64,000 nt of DNA, taken from the NCBI GenBank assembly GCA_011049045.1, contig DSCO01000061.1, forward strand, positions 228-64,227, written 5' to 3'. Source of the stretch: Methanomicrobia archaeon. GTDB taxonomy: Archaea > Halobacteriota > Syntropharchaeia > Alkanophagales > Methanospirareceae. The notes beneath the pieces were generated by a model, which was not told the origin of the DNA, made no database searches, and worked only from the letters and a program-made list of their open reading frames with translations. Below are positions 31,764 to 40,372 of the stretch, one piece after another; the first letter of the stretch is position 1; the number at the start of each line of letters is the position of its first letter. Position numbers and translations under genes: made by a program.

Positions 31764-31803
31764 ACGAGGCACGTCACACGTCACAACAAGTAAGCAAACA
31801 ACT

Positions 31804-32586
31804 ATGCGTGTAAGCTATCCCTTCGATGGTGCGCGATACGAAGCGGCATCGCACTGTCAGCGTGAATGGGGCATTGAGCTCGTCCAGGAGTTACCGCTGA
31901 GCGGGGACGAAGCTATTCTTGACCTTGGCTGCGGAAATGGTATAATTACACGAGCACTTGCCGATCGCGTTCCGCACGGCCGCGTGGTCGGTGTTGACAG
32001 CTCGCCATCAATGCTGAAAGCGGCGGAGGCGCATAAAACAGCCAATATGGAGCTCAAGCTACTCGACATTGCTGATATCGCCTTTGCTGCGGAATTTAAC
32101 GTGATATTCTCAAATGCGGCACTACACTGGGTTCTGGACCATGGGAAACTGCTGAGGCGGATCTGCGAGGCGCTCAAACCCCGCGGCTTCGTGCGCGTGC
32201 AATTTGGCGGCGCGGGCAACATTGTTCATCTCATCGCAATAGTGAGAGAAGTTCTGAGCGATCCCGAGTACGCTCCGTGGTTTGTGCTGTTTCGCTGGCC
32301 GTGGTATATGCCGTTTGTTGAGGATTACGAAGCGCTGCTGGCGCAGACCGAGTTCCGGCAGTATCGCGTGTGGATGGCGAACAGGGACCGGCAGTTTACC
32401 GACGAGCAGGAACTGATTCATATGGTGGAGGAGGCGGGGCTCGTTCCGTTTCTCGCGGCGCTGCCAGATGAGAAGAAGCCGCGTTTCCGGGACACGGTCA
32501 TCGAGCGCCTGATCGCGCGGACAAGACAGCCGGATGGGCGTTGTTTTGAAACGTTTCGGCGGATAAATGTATATGCAGAGAAATGA
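31804..32586 (+). CDS. Class I SAM-dependent methyltransferase (trans-aconitate methyltransferase-like)
   Basis: ILDLGCGNGIIT motif I. Start placed at MRVSYPF (31804), because the 5' part of ORF 31636..32586 overlaps eno. Confidence 0.7.
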   Translation: MRVSYPFDGARYEAASHCQREWGIELVQELPLSGDEAILDLGCGNGIITRALADRVPHGRVVGVDSSPSMLKAAEAHKTANMELKLLDIADIAFAAEFNVIFSNAALHWVLDHGKLLRRICEALKPRGFVRVQFGGAGNIVHLIAIVREVLSDPEYAPWFVLFRWPWYMPFVEDYEALLAQTEFRQYRVWMANRDRQFTDEQELIHMVEEAGLVPFLAALPDEKKPRFRDTVIERLIARTRQPDGRCFETFRRINVYAEK

Positions 32587-32623
32587 GGTCTGTCGAAGCG
32601 AAGAGACCGGGAACTAGGGCTGG

Positions 32624-35038
32624 ATGCTCTTAAAGACGCTCACACTGCGGAACTATCGGAAGTACAAGGATGCTTCGGTTGAGTTCCCGGATGGCGTTAT
32701 CGGCATTATTGGATTGAACGGCGTGGGGAAGACCACGCTGGTAGAAGCGATCGGTTGGGCGCTATTCGGCCATCATGCGGCGCGAACGACGAAAGAGCTG
32801 ATCAAGCGCGAGGGGGCGTCACCGCACGAGCCCTGCCGTGTGACTTTGGAGTTTGAACTCGAAAGCGATCGGTATGCCGTTGTCCGTGAGATGGCGGGCA
32901 AGACGCTGGTGCCGAAGGCGAGCCTGAAGATTAACGGCAAGCTCGTTACGAGTAATGCCGATGAGGTCACCGCGGTACTCCGGGATAAGATCGGCATGGA
33001 TTATCTGGCCTTCTTCACCTCGGTCTTCGCGCGGCAGAAGGAGTTGAATGCGCTCTCGGTAATGAAAGCGGCGGAGCGGAAGAAGCTCGTGCTGCGTATG
33101 CTCGGCATTGAACGGATCGAGCAGGGCATCCAGAAGATACGGGAGGAGAAACGCGGCAAGGAGAAGCGGATCGAGGGCATCAGATCGGCATTACTTGATA
33201 AAGAAGGTCGGAAGAAGCTCGACGTGCTCACCGGCAAGCAGGAGGATCTGGTGCAGGAGCATGAGCGGCTCATGCCGATTATCGCCGAACTTGAAGCGGC
33301 GACGCGCAGGAAAGAAGCGGAAGTAGCGGACGCGAAGAAGATCTTAGAGATCGCAACGAAGACCTACGAGGAGTATATCGAGCTGAGCACGAAGTTACGT
33401 GCGTGTGAGATGGAACTGAGGACTATTAGGAAACAGCGTGCGGAGAAGGCGCGTGAGCTCGCCGAGTTGAACCTGAAGCAGAACCGGCTGGAGACGATAG
33501 CCGGTAAAGAAGCGCATTATTTCCAGATCCGCGATCAGAAGGCGCAGCTGGAGACGCAGCGTGAGCAGTATCAGCGGAAGCAGGAATTAGAAGCGCGAGA
33601 TCGGAAGACGGCGCACGAGCTTCAGAACCGCACTGAGAAGCTCAAAGGACTGCAGGAGCAGGTAACCACATTTCACGGTGTTGAGGATGAGCTGAGATCG
33701 GTCAAAGCCGAATTGGAGACGCTCCAGAAGCAGAAAGCGCGGCTTCACACGGCGCTTGGCGCGCTTAAATCGCAGCTACTCCAGGTGAAGAAGGAGATCG
33801 AAGAGCAGACGAAGAAGCAGCAGCGGATTGCTGATTTAGGTCCGGAGAGCGACTGCCCGCTCTGCGAGCGTACTCTGGGCACGCACTATGAAGCTTTACT
33901 CACCAAACTCGAAGGCGAGCTGGAAATCAAGCGTAACGCCTTGAAATCGCTCTTTACGGCGTACAAGCGCGAGAAAGTAGAGCTCGCGGTGACGGAACGA
34001 GCAGAGGAGACTCAGACGAAGGAGTTGAGCGCGCAAGAGCACCGCATGACTGAGCTGCGTGCTCTGGAGATGCATATCGCCCATGAAGCGCGCGAAGTAA
34101 CAAGATGGCAGGCAGAGCTGGCATCGATCCAGAGCGATTTGAGCCCGTTAAAAATGCTCCAATTCGATGCCGCTGCGTATACGGATGTCCTTACGAGATT
34201 AACCGAGCTCGAAGTGGTGTACCGCGAACTACTGGGGTTGCGAGCTGAGACAAAACGGATCGCGGGGGTGGAACAGGCCATTCACGAACTCGCGGAGCTG
34301 GAAGAAACGACTGAGCGAGCTCAGGCAGCAGTACAGCAGCAGATAGCTGATTTGGGCTTCGACAAGCGTGATTATGAGGTGAAGAAGGCTGATTACGAAC
34401 GTACAAGGGACGAACTGAGCGACTCAAAGCTCGCGTTATTAGCAAAGCGGAATGAGCTTGAGAACGTGCGTCGCGAAGCGAACCGTGTCTCGGAAGAGAT
34501 CGCGGAGCAGCAGCGGCTCATGGCCGAGCAGGAGCAGGAAGCGACCGAGGTGAGTTATCTCAGCGTGCTGGAGCAGCTCATGAGCGAGTTCAAGCTCTTC
34601 ATGGTCGGGCGAATCCGGCCGATGCTCTCTGATTACGCGTCCGATATGCTGCGACGGTTGACAGACGGCAAGTACAGTACGATGGAGCTGGATGAGAACT
34701 ACGATATTTACCTGTACGACGAAGGCACGGCATACGAACTCAATCGGTTCTCAGGCGGTGAGGAGGATCTGGCGAACCTCAGTCTCCGGTTAGCGATCTC
34801 CGCGGTCGTTACCGAACGCAGCGCGATTCAGACCAATTTCATCATTCTGGACGAGATCTTTGGCTCGCAGGACGCATTCCGTAAGCGGAACATCATCCAG
34901 GCGCTGAACGCGCTCTCGAAGAAGTTCCGCCAGATCTTCCTGATTACGCATATCGAGGACGTGCGGGATTATATGGAGCACGTGCTGCGGGTGACGGAGG
35001 ATGAAGACGGGGTGAGCTGGGTGAGCTGGGGCGAATGA
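32624..35038 (+). CDS. SMC-like ATPase of the Rad50/SbcC family (Walker A/B, long coiled coil, CxxC zinc hook)
   Basis: Walker A GLNGVGKTTL, central hook DCPLCER flanked by heptad-rich segments, and C-terminal signature/Walker B/D-loop (FSGGEEDLANLSLRLA...IILDEIFGSQD). No mre11-like nuclease gene is adjacent. Confidence 0.7.
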   Translation: MLLKTLTLRNYRKYKDASVEFPDGVIGIIGLNGVGKTTLVEAIGWALFGHHAARTTKELIKREGASPHEPCRVTLEFELESDRYAVVREMAGKTLVPKASLKINGKLVTSNADEVTAVLRDKIGMDYLAFFTSVFARQKELNALSVMKAAERKKLVLRMLGIERIEQGIQKIREEKRGKEKRIEGIRSALLDKEGRKKLDVLTGKQEDLVQEHERLMPIIAELEAATRRKEAEVADAKKILEIATKTYEEYIELSTKLRACEMELRTIRKQRAEKARELAELNLKQNRLETIAGKEAHYFQIRDQKAQLETQREQYQRKQELEARDRKTAHELQNRTEKLKGLQEQVTTFHGVEDELRSVKAELETLQKQKARLHTALGALKSQLLQVKKEIEEQTKKQQRIADLGPESDCPLCERTLGTHYEALLTKLEGELEIKRNALKSLFTAYKREKVELAVTERAEETQTKELSAQEHRMTELRALEMHIAHEAREVTRWQAELASIQSDLSPLKMLQFDAAAYTDVLTRLTELEVVYRELLGLRAETKRIAGVEQAIHELAELEETTERAQAAVQQQIADLGFDKRDYEVKKADYERTRDELSDSKLALLAKRNELENVRREANRVSEEIAEQQRLMAEQEQEATEVSYLSVLEQLMSEFKLFMVGRIRPMLSDYASDMLRRLTDGKYSTMELDENYDIYLYDEGTAYELNRFSGGEEDLANLSLRLAISAVVTERSAIQTNFIILDEIFGSQDAFRKRNIIQALNALSKKFRQIFLITHIEDVRDYMEHVLRVTEDEDGVSWVSWGE

Positions 35039-35117
35039 GCTATGTATGAGCTTTTGAGCTTTTTGCACGTACTGCCATCAGAGTACGATGAGCCGCGCGC
35101 ATCACCACGGCCCGTAC

Positions 35118-35594
35118 TCAGTTCTTGCTGAATTCCGCAGCGATCGCGTCTCTGAAGAGCTTTGCAAAACGATCGAGCCGTTCTTCTTTCTCTTTCCGGC
35201 TCTTCTCCCCTAAGTCCTGGCGCGACTTCTCCACGATCTCATCAAAAACTGCCTGATCGCGAATATCAACGCCTTCTCGGTCGTAATAGAGCAGAAGCGT
35301 TTTCAGGTGGATCTCCGGAAACTGCCGGCAGCCCGCATAATACGCGATGAAACGCACCTCGAGGATATGGTGCACGGGATCGATATTCACCACCTCGAGA
35401 TTCTCATGGCCCAATTCCTGGAGCAGCTCACTCAATTTCTGCTTGTAGCGCTTCAAGAACTCCTTATCGGTTTCGATCTGCTCGATGAGCTCAGGAGGCA
35501 ATTGAGAGGGCTCATAGCGGAGCCTATACCCGATCTTGACCGCTTTATACACTTCCTTCGAGATCACGCTATCGAGCAGCTCATCCAGTTGCAT
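35118..35594 (-). CDS. Hypothetical protein
   Basis: 158-aa charged, helical ORF convergent with the Rad50-like gene. No family recognised. Confidence 0.35.
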   Translation of the reverse strand: MQLDELLDSVISKEVYKAVKIGYRLRYEPSQLPPELIEQIETDKEFLKRYKQKLSELLQELGHENLEVVNIDPVHHILEVRFIAYYAGCRQFPEIHLKTLLLYYDREGVDIRDQAVFDEIVEKSRQDLGEKSRKEKEERLDRFAKLFRDAIAAEFSKN

Positions 35595-36136
35595 TCGCTC
35601 TTCTCTATAGTGCTGGTATTACGAAAGGAGTACTATCCTCAAGTAACAGAACCGCAACATCTCAACTACAGCTGGTCTGTTTTACCCGTTTAAATAATTT
35701 TCCTTTGCCTTCAGTTTCAGATATAAGAGTTCTCCACGGCCACGCGTCTTGATGATCATCGTCTGCACCCAAAGCGCGTTCTTAATATGCGGATTCCAGA
35801 GTAAGGAAAAGAGCAAAGTGTTTTTGCCGCACCTTCATAGCTTTGCGTTCATTCCCGTGAAATCGTAGGTATCCCGTCTTCGTGCCGCTTGCCTGAAAAA
35901 GTATCTCTCGGATGTACCAAAACGAGTTCGCCACCGCTTCAATCGCATAGACCGCTTCGTTCTTCACCTTCCCGAACTCGCGCCTTAGGCGTCAACCGGG
36001 AAAAACGCTGAAGAGGCGTAAAAAACAGTTAATAGATCAGAAAGAGACAAAAGGCCATAGGACAAAAAAATTTAGGTCGTATTTATAAAAGATTAAGTCG
36101 TAAAGCGTAACACGGAAAAAGCGGAGGCGATGAAAA

Positions 36137-36559
36137 GTGGCAGAAGAAGTGGATGAAAAAGGTGAAAGAGGCGCGGATTCCGCGGTCGTTTTGATAGGGC
36201 ACGGTAGCACGCTGCCGTACAATAAAGAAGTCCTTGAAGAGCTAGGGAAGCGGATAGAGATGCGAGAGATATATAAAACGGTCAGGGTGGCCTTCATGCA
36301 GTTGAACTCCCCGAACATTGAAGACGTGCTGAGAGACCTCGCGGAAGAAGGAACTAAGAAAATAGTGGCCCAACCCGTTTTTTTAGCCGACGGGGTCCAT
36401 ACAACGGAGGACATTCCGGAAAAGTTGAAAATAGCCTTTGAAGGTCCATGGGCGAATTTGGGCAGAGATGTTAAGCTCGTTTACGCAAAGCCAATAGGTG
36501 CGGATGAGCGGATCGTGGATATCTTGCTGGATCGTCTGAAAGCAGCTATGGGCGAGTGA
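36137..36559 (+). CDS. cfbA: Sirohydrochlorin nickelochelatase / small CbiX-type chelatase (CfbA)
   Basis: AVVLIGHGSTLPYNKEVLEEL...VAQPVFLADGVHTTEDIPE is the CbiX(S)/CfbA half-chelatase signature. About 125-140 aa, with a GTG start at 36137. A TATA-like TTTATAAAAG lies about 60 nt upstream. Confidence 0.75.
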   Translation: MAEEVDEKGERGADSAVVLIGHGSTLPYNKEVLEELGKRIEMREIYKTVRVAFMQLNSPNIEDVLRDLAEEGTKKIVAQPVFLADGVHTTEDIPEKLKIAFEGPWANLGRDVKLVYAKPIGADERIVDILLDRLKAAMGE

Positions 36560-37156
36560 AGGGGTGACGATTAACCGTTAAAGACCAAATCATTCAGCTA
36601 CGAAGTTGATAAGACACCCCGTTTCCTTTTATTCTATTTTTTGCTCTTCTCCAACTGTAGTAACGAACAGAGGAGATAAAACTACAGCGGGAGAAGTTAT
36701 TTTTGAGGGAAGATACCTCGACTGAAGCTCTCTCCCTTATTCAGAAACCTCTTTAATTTTCGCGGTTTCACGCTCTGCCACCTCCGCGAAGACAAGCATC
36801 GGGTGCCAAGTTTGGATCATACACGTACGACTGCCGATTGCCCCGTCTGTGATAAGTAAGCGCTGCGCTTCCCGTGCGGATACTCCATCCGGTGGATCAG
36901 CGACCTCGATCTCAGCCCGAAGCCGTGCTTCCTCCTCTTCACTGCGCTGAACGGAAGATCCGGTGCCGTCCGGCTCCGACTACGCGGCGTCGAGCACCTC
37001 GACTTCGTGGGACAGGTGCAGACCCTCTACCAAGCCCTTTGAGGACCACCTGAGCGTGCTCTGCGAGGAGACCTGGACATCAGACGCGACGTCTGGGTCG
37101 GCGAGACGCGGCGGACGGAAGCGCTCGCTCGACACCCATTCCCTAAAATCGGCGTA

Positions 37157-37186
37157 GTAAGAAAAAAATAGAAAAGCTTATATGTA
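37157..37186 (+). promoter_or_regulatory. Putative archaeal promoter (conserved 19-mer + TATA-like box) driving the small leader ORF
   Basis: GTAAGAAAAAAATAGAAAA followed by CTTATATGTA. An RBS AGGAGGTGA and ATG follow about 100 nt downstream. Confidence 0.4.
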
Positions 37187-37284
37187 TCCTCGACATTCTG
37201 AAAATTACGTGACACTTTTAGAGCGAAAATATAAAAAGTGTCGGATAGATGCGATACGAAAAACAAAAGGAGGTGAAAAAGAAG

Positions 37285-37527
37285 ATGAGCATCCGGTGGT
37301 TCCGCGACCTCGATCTCGGCCCGAAGCCGTGCTTCCTCCTCTTCACTGCGCTGAACGAAAGATCAGGTGCCGTCCGGCTCCGACTACGCGGCGTGGAGCA
37401 CCTCGACTTCGTGGACAGGTGCAAACCCTCTACCAAGCCCTTTGAGGATTACCTGAGCGTGCTCTGCGAGGAGACCGGGACATCAGACGCGGCGGACGGA
37501 AGCGCTCGCTCGACACCCACTCCCTAA
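37285..37527 (+). CDS. Small hypothetical protein (80 aa) encoded by copy 2 of the tandem repeat, with strong RBS
   Basis: AAAAGGAGGTGAAAAAGAAG-ATG. The product is MSIRWFRDLDLGPKPCFLLFTALNERSGAVRLRLRGVEHLDFVDRCKPSTKPFEDYLSVLCEETGTSD.... Copy 1 is a frameshifted version with no start codon. Confidence 0.4.
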   Translation: MSIRWFRDLDLGPKPCFLLFTALNERSGAVRLRLRGVEHLDFVDRCKPSTKPFEDYLSVLCEETGTSDAADGSARSTPTP

Positions 37528-37537
37528 AATCGGCGTT

Positions 37538-37568
37538 GTAAGAAAAAAATAGAAAATTTTATATGTAC
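37538..37568 (+). promoter_or_regulatory. Putative cbiM promoter (same conserved 19-mer + TATA-like box)
   Basis: GTAAGAAAAAAATAGAAAA + TTTATATGTA, about 70 nt upstream of the cbiM ATG, which has RBS AAGGAGGT. Confidence 0.45.
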
Positions 37569-37639
37569 CCTCGACATTTTAAAAATAATGTGACACTTTA
37601 GTCATAAGATATAAAAAAATGTATAAAGGAGGTAAATAG

Positions 37640-38275
37640 ATGCATATACCTGACGGATTTTTGGATCTTTGGATATGCGCTGTGATGTATATCATCTCAG
37701 CGACGGTGATTGGATATTCAGTCAAGAAACTGAAAGATAAGTTGGAGGCCCCACAAGTCCCGTTGATCGGTATAGTAGGGGCGGGAATTTTCGCAGCACA
37801 GATGCTCAACTGGCCAATTCCTGGAGGGACAAGTGCGCATTTCGTTGGAGGAGCGATTGCGGGGATACTCCTTGGACCCTATGCGGGGTGCTTATCAATG
37901 GTTTCGGTCCTGACTATTCAATGCCTGGTGTTTGGAGATGGCGGGATTACTGCACTTGGAGCGAACATTTTCAACATGGCGATAGTGGATGTATTCGTCG
38001 GCTACGGGATCTTTAAAGCGCTACGGCGATACAACCAGGATGTATCACTATTTTTGGCTGGTTGGATCGGGATTTGGCTTGGTGCACTTGCTGCTGGCGT
38101 TGAGATAGGAGTATCTTCGATCTTCGCATATGGACTAATGACCACTGTACCAGTGATGGGCATCTGGCATGGCGCTCTGGGAATCATCGAAGGAATCATC
38201 ACCATGCTGGCGGTCAGATATGTCCTCGTTAAACAACCAGACTTTGTCCCCTTACCAAAGGAGGTGAGGGGATAG
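37640..38275 (+). CDS. cbiM: ECF-type Ni/Co transporter substrate-specific component CbiM/NikM
   Basis: MHIPDGFLD N-terminus (His2 metal ligand after Met1). 211 aa, multi-TM. Confidence 0.85.
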   Translation: MHIPDGFLDLWICAVMYIISATVIGYSVKKLKDKLEAPQVPLIGIVGAGIFAAQMLNWPIPGGTSAHFVGGAIAGILLGPYAGCLSMVSVLTIQCLVFGDGGITALGANIFNMAIVDVFVGYGIFKALRRYNQDVSLFLAGWIGIWLGALAAGVEIGVSSIFAYGLMTTVPVMGIWHGALGIIEGIITMLAVRYVLVKQPDFVPLPKEVRG

Positions 38276-38277
38276 GC

Positions 38278-38607
38278 ATGGAAGTAAAAGAAGGGCTGCG
38301 CAAATGGAGGAAGGTGCTCATCGTTATCGCAGTGATGATCTTGTTATCGCCATTTTTTGCATGGGCAGCGGAGGTTGTAGGATACGCAGAACCGCTTGAA
38401 AGTGCTGCAGAACACTTGGGGGCGATGGAACACGAATCCGCAATAATATCGGGGCTAATCCCGGATTACACAATCCCGGGGGGTAACCCTTATGCCTCAG
38501 CGATAGTAGCGGGCATAGTGGGTTGTCTCATTGTTCTGGGTCTGGGTTTGGTGCTGGGCAAAGTGCTCGAAAGGAGGGAAAATGGTCGAACTCGCTGGCA
38601 CGATTAA
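38278..38607 (+). CDS. cbiN: Small CbiN/NikN-like (PDGLE-type) membrane component of the Ni/Co ECF transporter
   Basis: 109 aa with two TM helices flanking a soluble loop (…IPDYTIPGG…). Lies between cbiM and cbiQ. Confidence 0.55.
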   Translation: MEVKEGLRKWRKVLIVIAVMILLSPFFAWAAEVVGYAEPLESAAEHLGAMEHESAIISGLIPDYTIPGGNPYASAIVAGIVGCLIVLGLGLVLGKVLERRENGRTRWHD

Positions 38608-39385
38608 AGTAATCTCGAAATTGCTCAGGGATTTCCTGGTTGCGGAGGAATATGCATACAGAGAGGGATTCCTCCAAGGTGTGGATCAAAAAGTGAAATT
38701 AATGGCGATACTTCTGCTGATCGTGCTGGCAGTTTCGACACAAGACATCTTTTTCCTCCTTCTTCTTTTTTTATTCTCGCTTGCAATGGTTTTACGCTCA
38801 AATATATCGTTGAAGATGTATCTTCCGCGGTTTGGGTTTATTCCACTCTTTGCGTTCATCATCGTTCTTCCCTGGATTTTTTTGATACCCGATCAGCCGA
38901 TCTTCACATTGCTTGGACTTAACGTCACGATGCCAGGCATCATGTATGTGATAACATTCACGCTCCGGGTGACGGCATGCGTATCCTGTGTATCTCTTCT
39001 GTTATTCACCACCAGGGTATCAGATTTGCTCCATACATTAAAATCGCTGAAAATTCCTGATCCGTTGGTGGATATGTTTGGACTGGTATATCGCTATCTC
39101 TTCACTTTTCTATCTGAATTAGAGAGAATGCTTCTGGGAAGGGAATGTAGGGTAGTTTCTGATCAAAGGCTGCTCAAGAATTGGAGGGACGGTGGTAACG
39201 TGGTTGGCAACTTCTTATCTCGGACGTTTTCTCGTGGTGAGAACGTTTATAAGGCGATGAGGGCGAGGGGATATGACGGGAGTTTCAAAACATATCCGCG
39301 AAATGATAAAATCGGAAAAAAAAGTATAGTTTTTATGGCTTTGGTGGGGATAATGGTGGGAATATGGCTCGTGACAAGGTTATAG
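38582..39385 (+). CDS. cbiQ: ECF transporter transmembrane (T) component CbiQ
   Basis: Multi-TM protein. Start chosen at MVELAG (38582), preceded by AGGAGGGAAA. The listed ORF starts at 38531, overlapping cbiN. Confidence 0.7.
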   Translation: MVELAGTIKVISKLLRDFLVAEEYAYREGFLQGVDQKVKLMAILLLIVLAVSTQDIFFLLLLFLFSLAMVLRSNISLKMYLPRFGFIPLFAFIIVLPWIFLIPDQPIFTLLGLNVTMPGIMYVITFTLRVTACVSCVSLLLFTTRVSDLLHTLKSLKIPDPLVDMFGLVYRYLFTFLSELERMLLGRECRVVSDQRLLKNWRDGGNVVGNFLSRTFSRGENVYKAMRARGYDGSFKTYPRNDKIGKKSIVFMALVGIMVGIWLVTRL

Positions 39386-40179
39386 AAGCAAGGAACCTGA
39401 AGTATCGGTACCCGGATGGGACTATTGGCATAGAGAAAGTGGATTTTGAGTTGTGGAGTGGCGAGAAAGTAGCGATTATCGGTCCAAATGGCTCGGGGAA
39501 GAGCACCCTTTTAGAAGTCCTCGCGGGTTTGATAGAGCCTACCGAAGGATATGTGAAGTTCTTTGGAAAGGAATCAATAGACCAGTACGAATTGAGAAGG
39601 CGTGTGGGTGTAATGCTCCAAAATCCTGACGACGTTTTATTCAATCCAACGGTGAGAGAAGATCTGGAGTTTGGGCCGGCGCAACTCCAGATACCAAAAG
39701 AAGAGTTTAATAAGATACTTGAGGAGATCTCGCAACTCCTGGACTTGAAGCCTTATCTAAATAAGCCGCCATTCAGACTGAGCAAGGGTGAGAAACAGAA
39801 AGCTGCGCTCGGAAGTGTTTTAGCACTAAAGCCTGAAGTTCTTCTCTTGGACGAGCCGTTCTCCGCTGTGGACATCGGCAGTAAGCAATCCATGATACGA
39901 TATCTGAACCGCTTGAATGAGGGCGGAGTTACCATCGTAGTGACCGCACACGATCTTACGACAGTTCCATTAATAGCGGACCGCGTTTACCTCCTGAACA
40001 AGCGCGTAATGGCAATGGGTTCCACCAGAGATACCCTGACCAATGCAGAATTGCTAAAAAATAACGGGCTTGAGGTTCCCCCGCTTGTGGAACTCGGGCT
40101 AAGGCTCGGCATAAATACGATGCCGTTAACCGTTGACGAAGCCGTGAAAAGGTTGCAGGAGGAATTTGATAAGAGCTAA
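39364..40179 (+). CDS. cbiO: ECF transporter ATPase component CbiO
   Basis: Walker A GPNGSGKST, signature LSKGEKQK, Walker B LLLDEPFSAVD. Confidence 0.85.
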   Translation: MARDKVIEARNLKYRYPDGTIGIEKVDFELWSGEKVAIIGPNGSGKSTLLEVLAGLIEPTEGYVKFFGKESIDQYELRRRVGVMLQNPDDVLFNPTVREDLEFGPAQLQIPKEEFNKILEEISQLLDLKPYLNKPPFRLSKGEKQKAALGSVLALKPEVLLLDEPFSAVDIGSKQSMIRYLNRLNEGGVTIVVTAHDLTTVPLIADRVYLLNKRVMAMGSTRDTLTNAELLKNNGLEVPPLVELGLRLGINTMPLTVDEAVKRLQEEFDKS

Positions 40180-40234
40180 CCGTGTAACCACCGCCTCTTT
40201 GGAATAAGAGTTGAATGAATCAAAAGCTGCTTTA

Positions 40235-40265
40235 GTAAGAAAAATAGAAAAACATATATATATAT
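40235..40265 (+). promoter_or_regulatory. Putative promoter of fwdE-like/ABC operon carrying the same conserved motif
   Basis: GTAAGAAAAATAGAAAAA + CATATATATATAT, about 110 nt upstream of the 40373 ATG. Confidence 0.4.
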
Positions 40266-40372
40266 CGTTATATAAAAAATATTAAATAGCATCTATGGTA
40301 TGGAAATGATGGAGAAAAGTATGAGAACCCTTGCAAGGTTAGAAGTCTTGAAGGAAAAAAGAGAGGTGAAAA

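Larger units (their letters stand above)
36887..37639 (+). repeat. Tandem direct duplication (about 403-bp period, 2 copies) of a GC-rich small-ORF segment followed by an AT-rich promoter-like segment, immediately upstream of cbiM
   Basis: Copy 1 spans 36887-37289 and copy 2 spans 37290-37639. They share more than 90% identity over the GC-rich roughly 230 bp and the following GTAAGAAAAAAATAGAAAA...TTATATGTA region. Copy 1 has a 21-nt insertion and a 1-nt indel. Confidence 0.85.

Noticed and set aside
35782-35967. 61-aa ORF in the 540-bp gap before cfbA
   Set aside because: Probably a gene remnant. Too short and unsupported to call.
36037-36414. 125-aa minus-strand ORF overlapping cfbA
   Set aside because: Antisense to a well-supported CbiX-type chelatase gene. 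No motif support.
37027-37436. Minus-strand ORFs (79 and 72 aa) inside the tandem repeat
   Set aside because: Their products are not conserved between the two repeat copies. The plus-strand ORF has an RBS and is conserved, apart from the frameshift, across copies.
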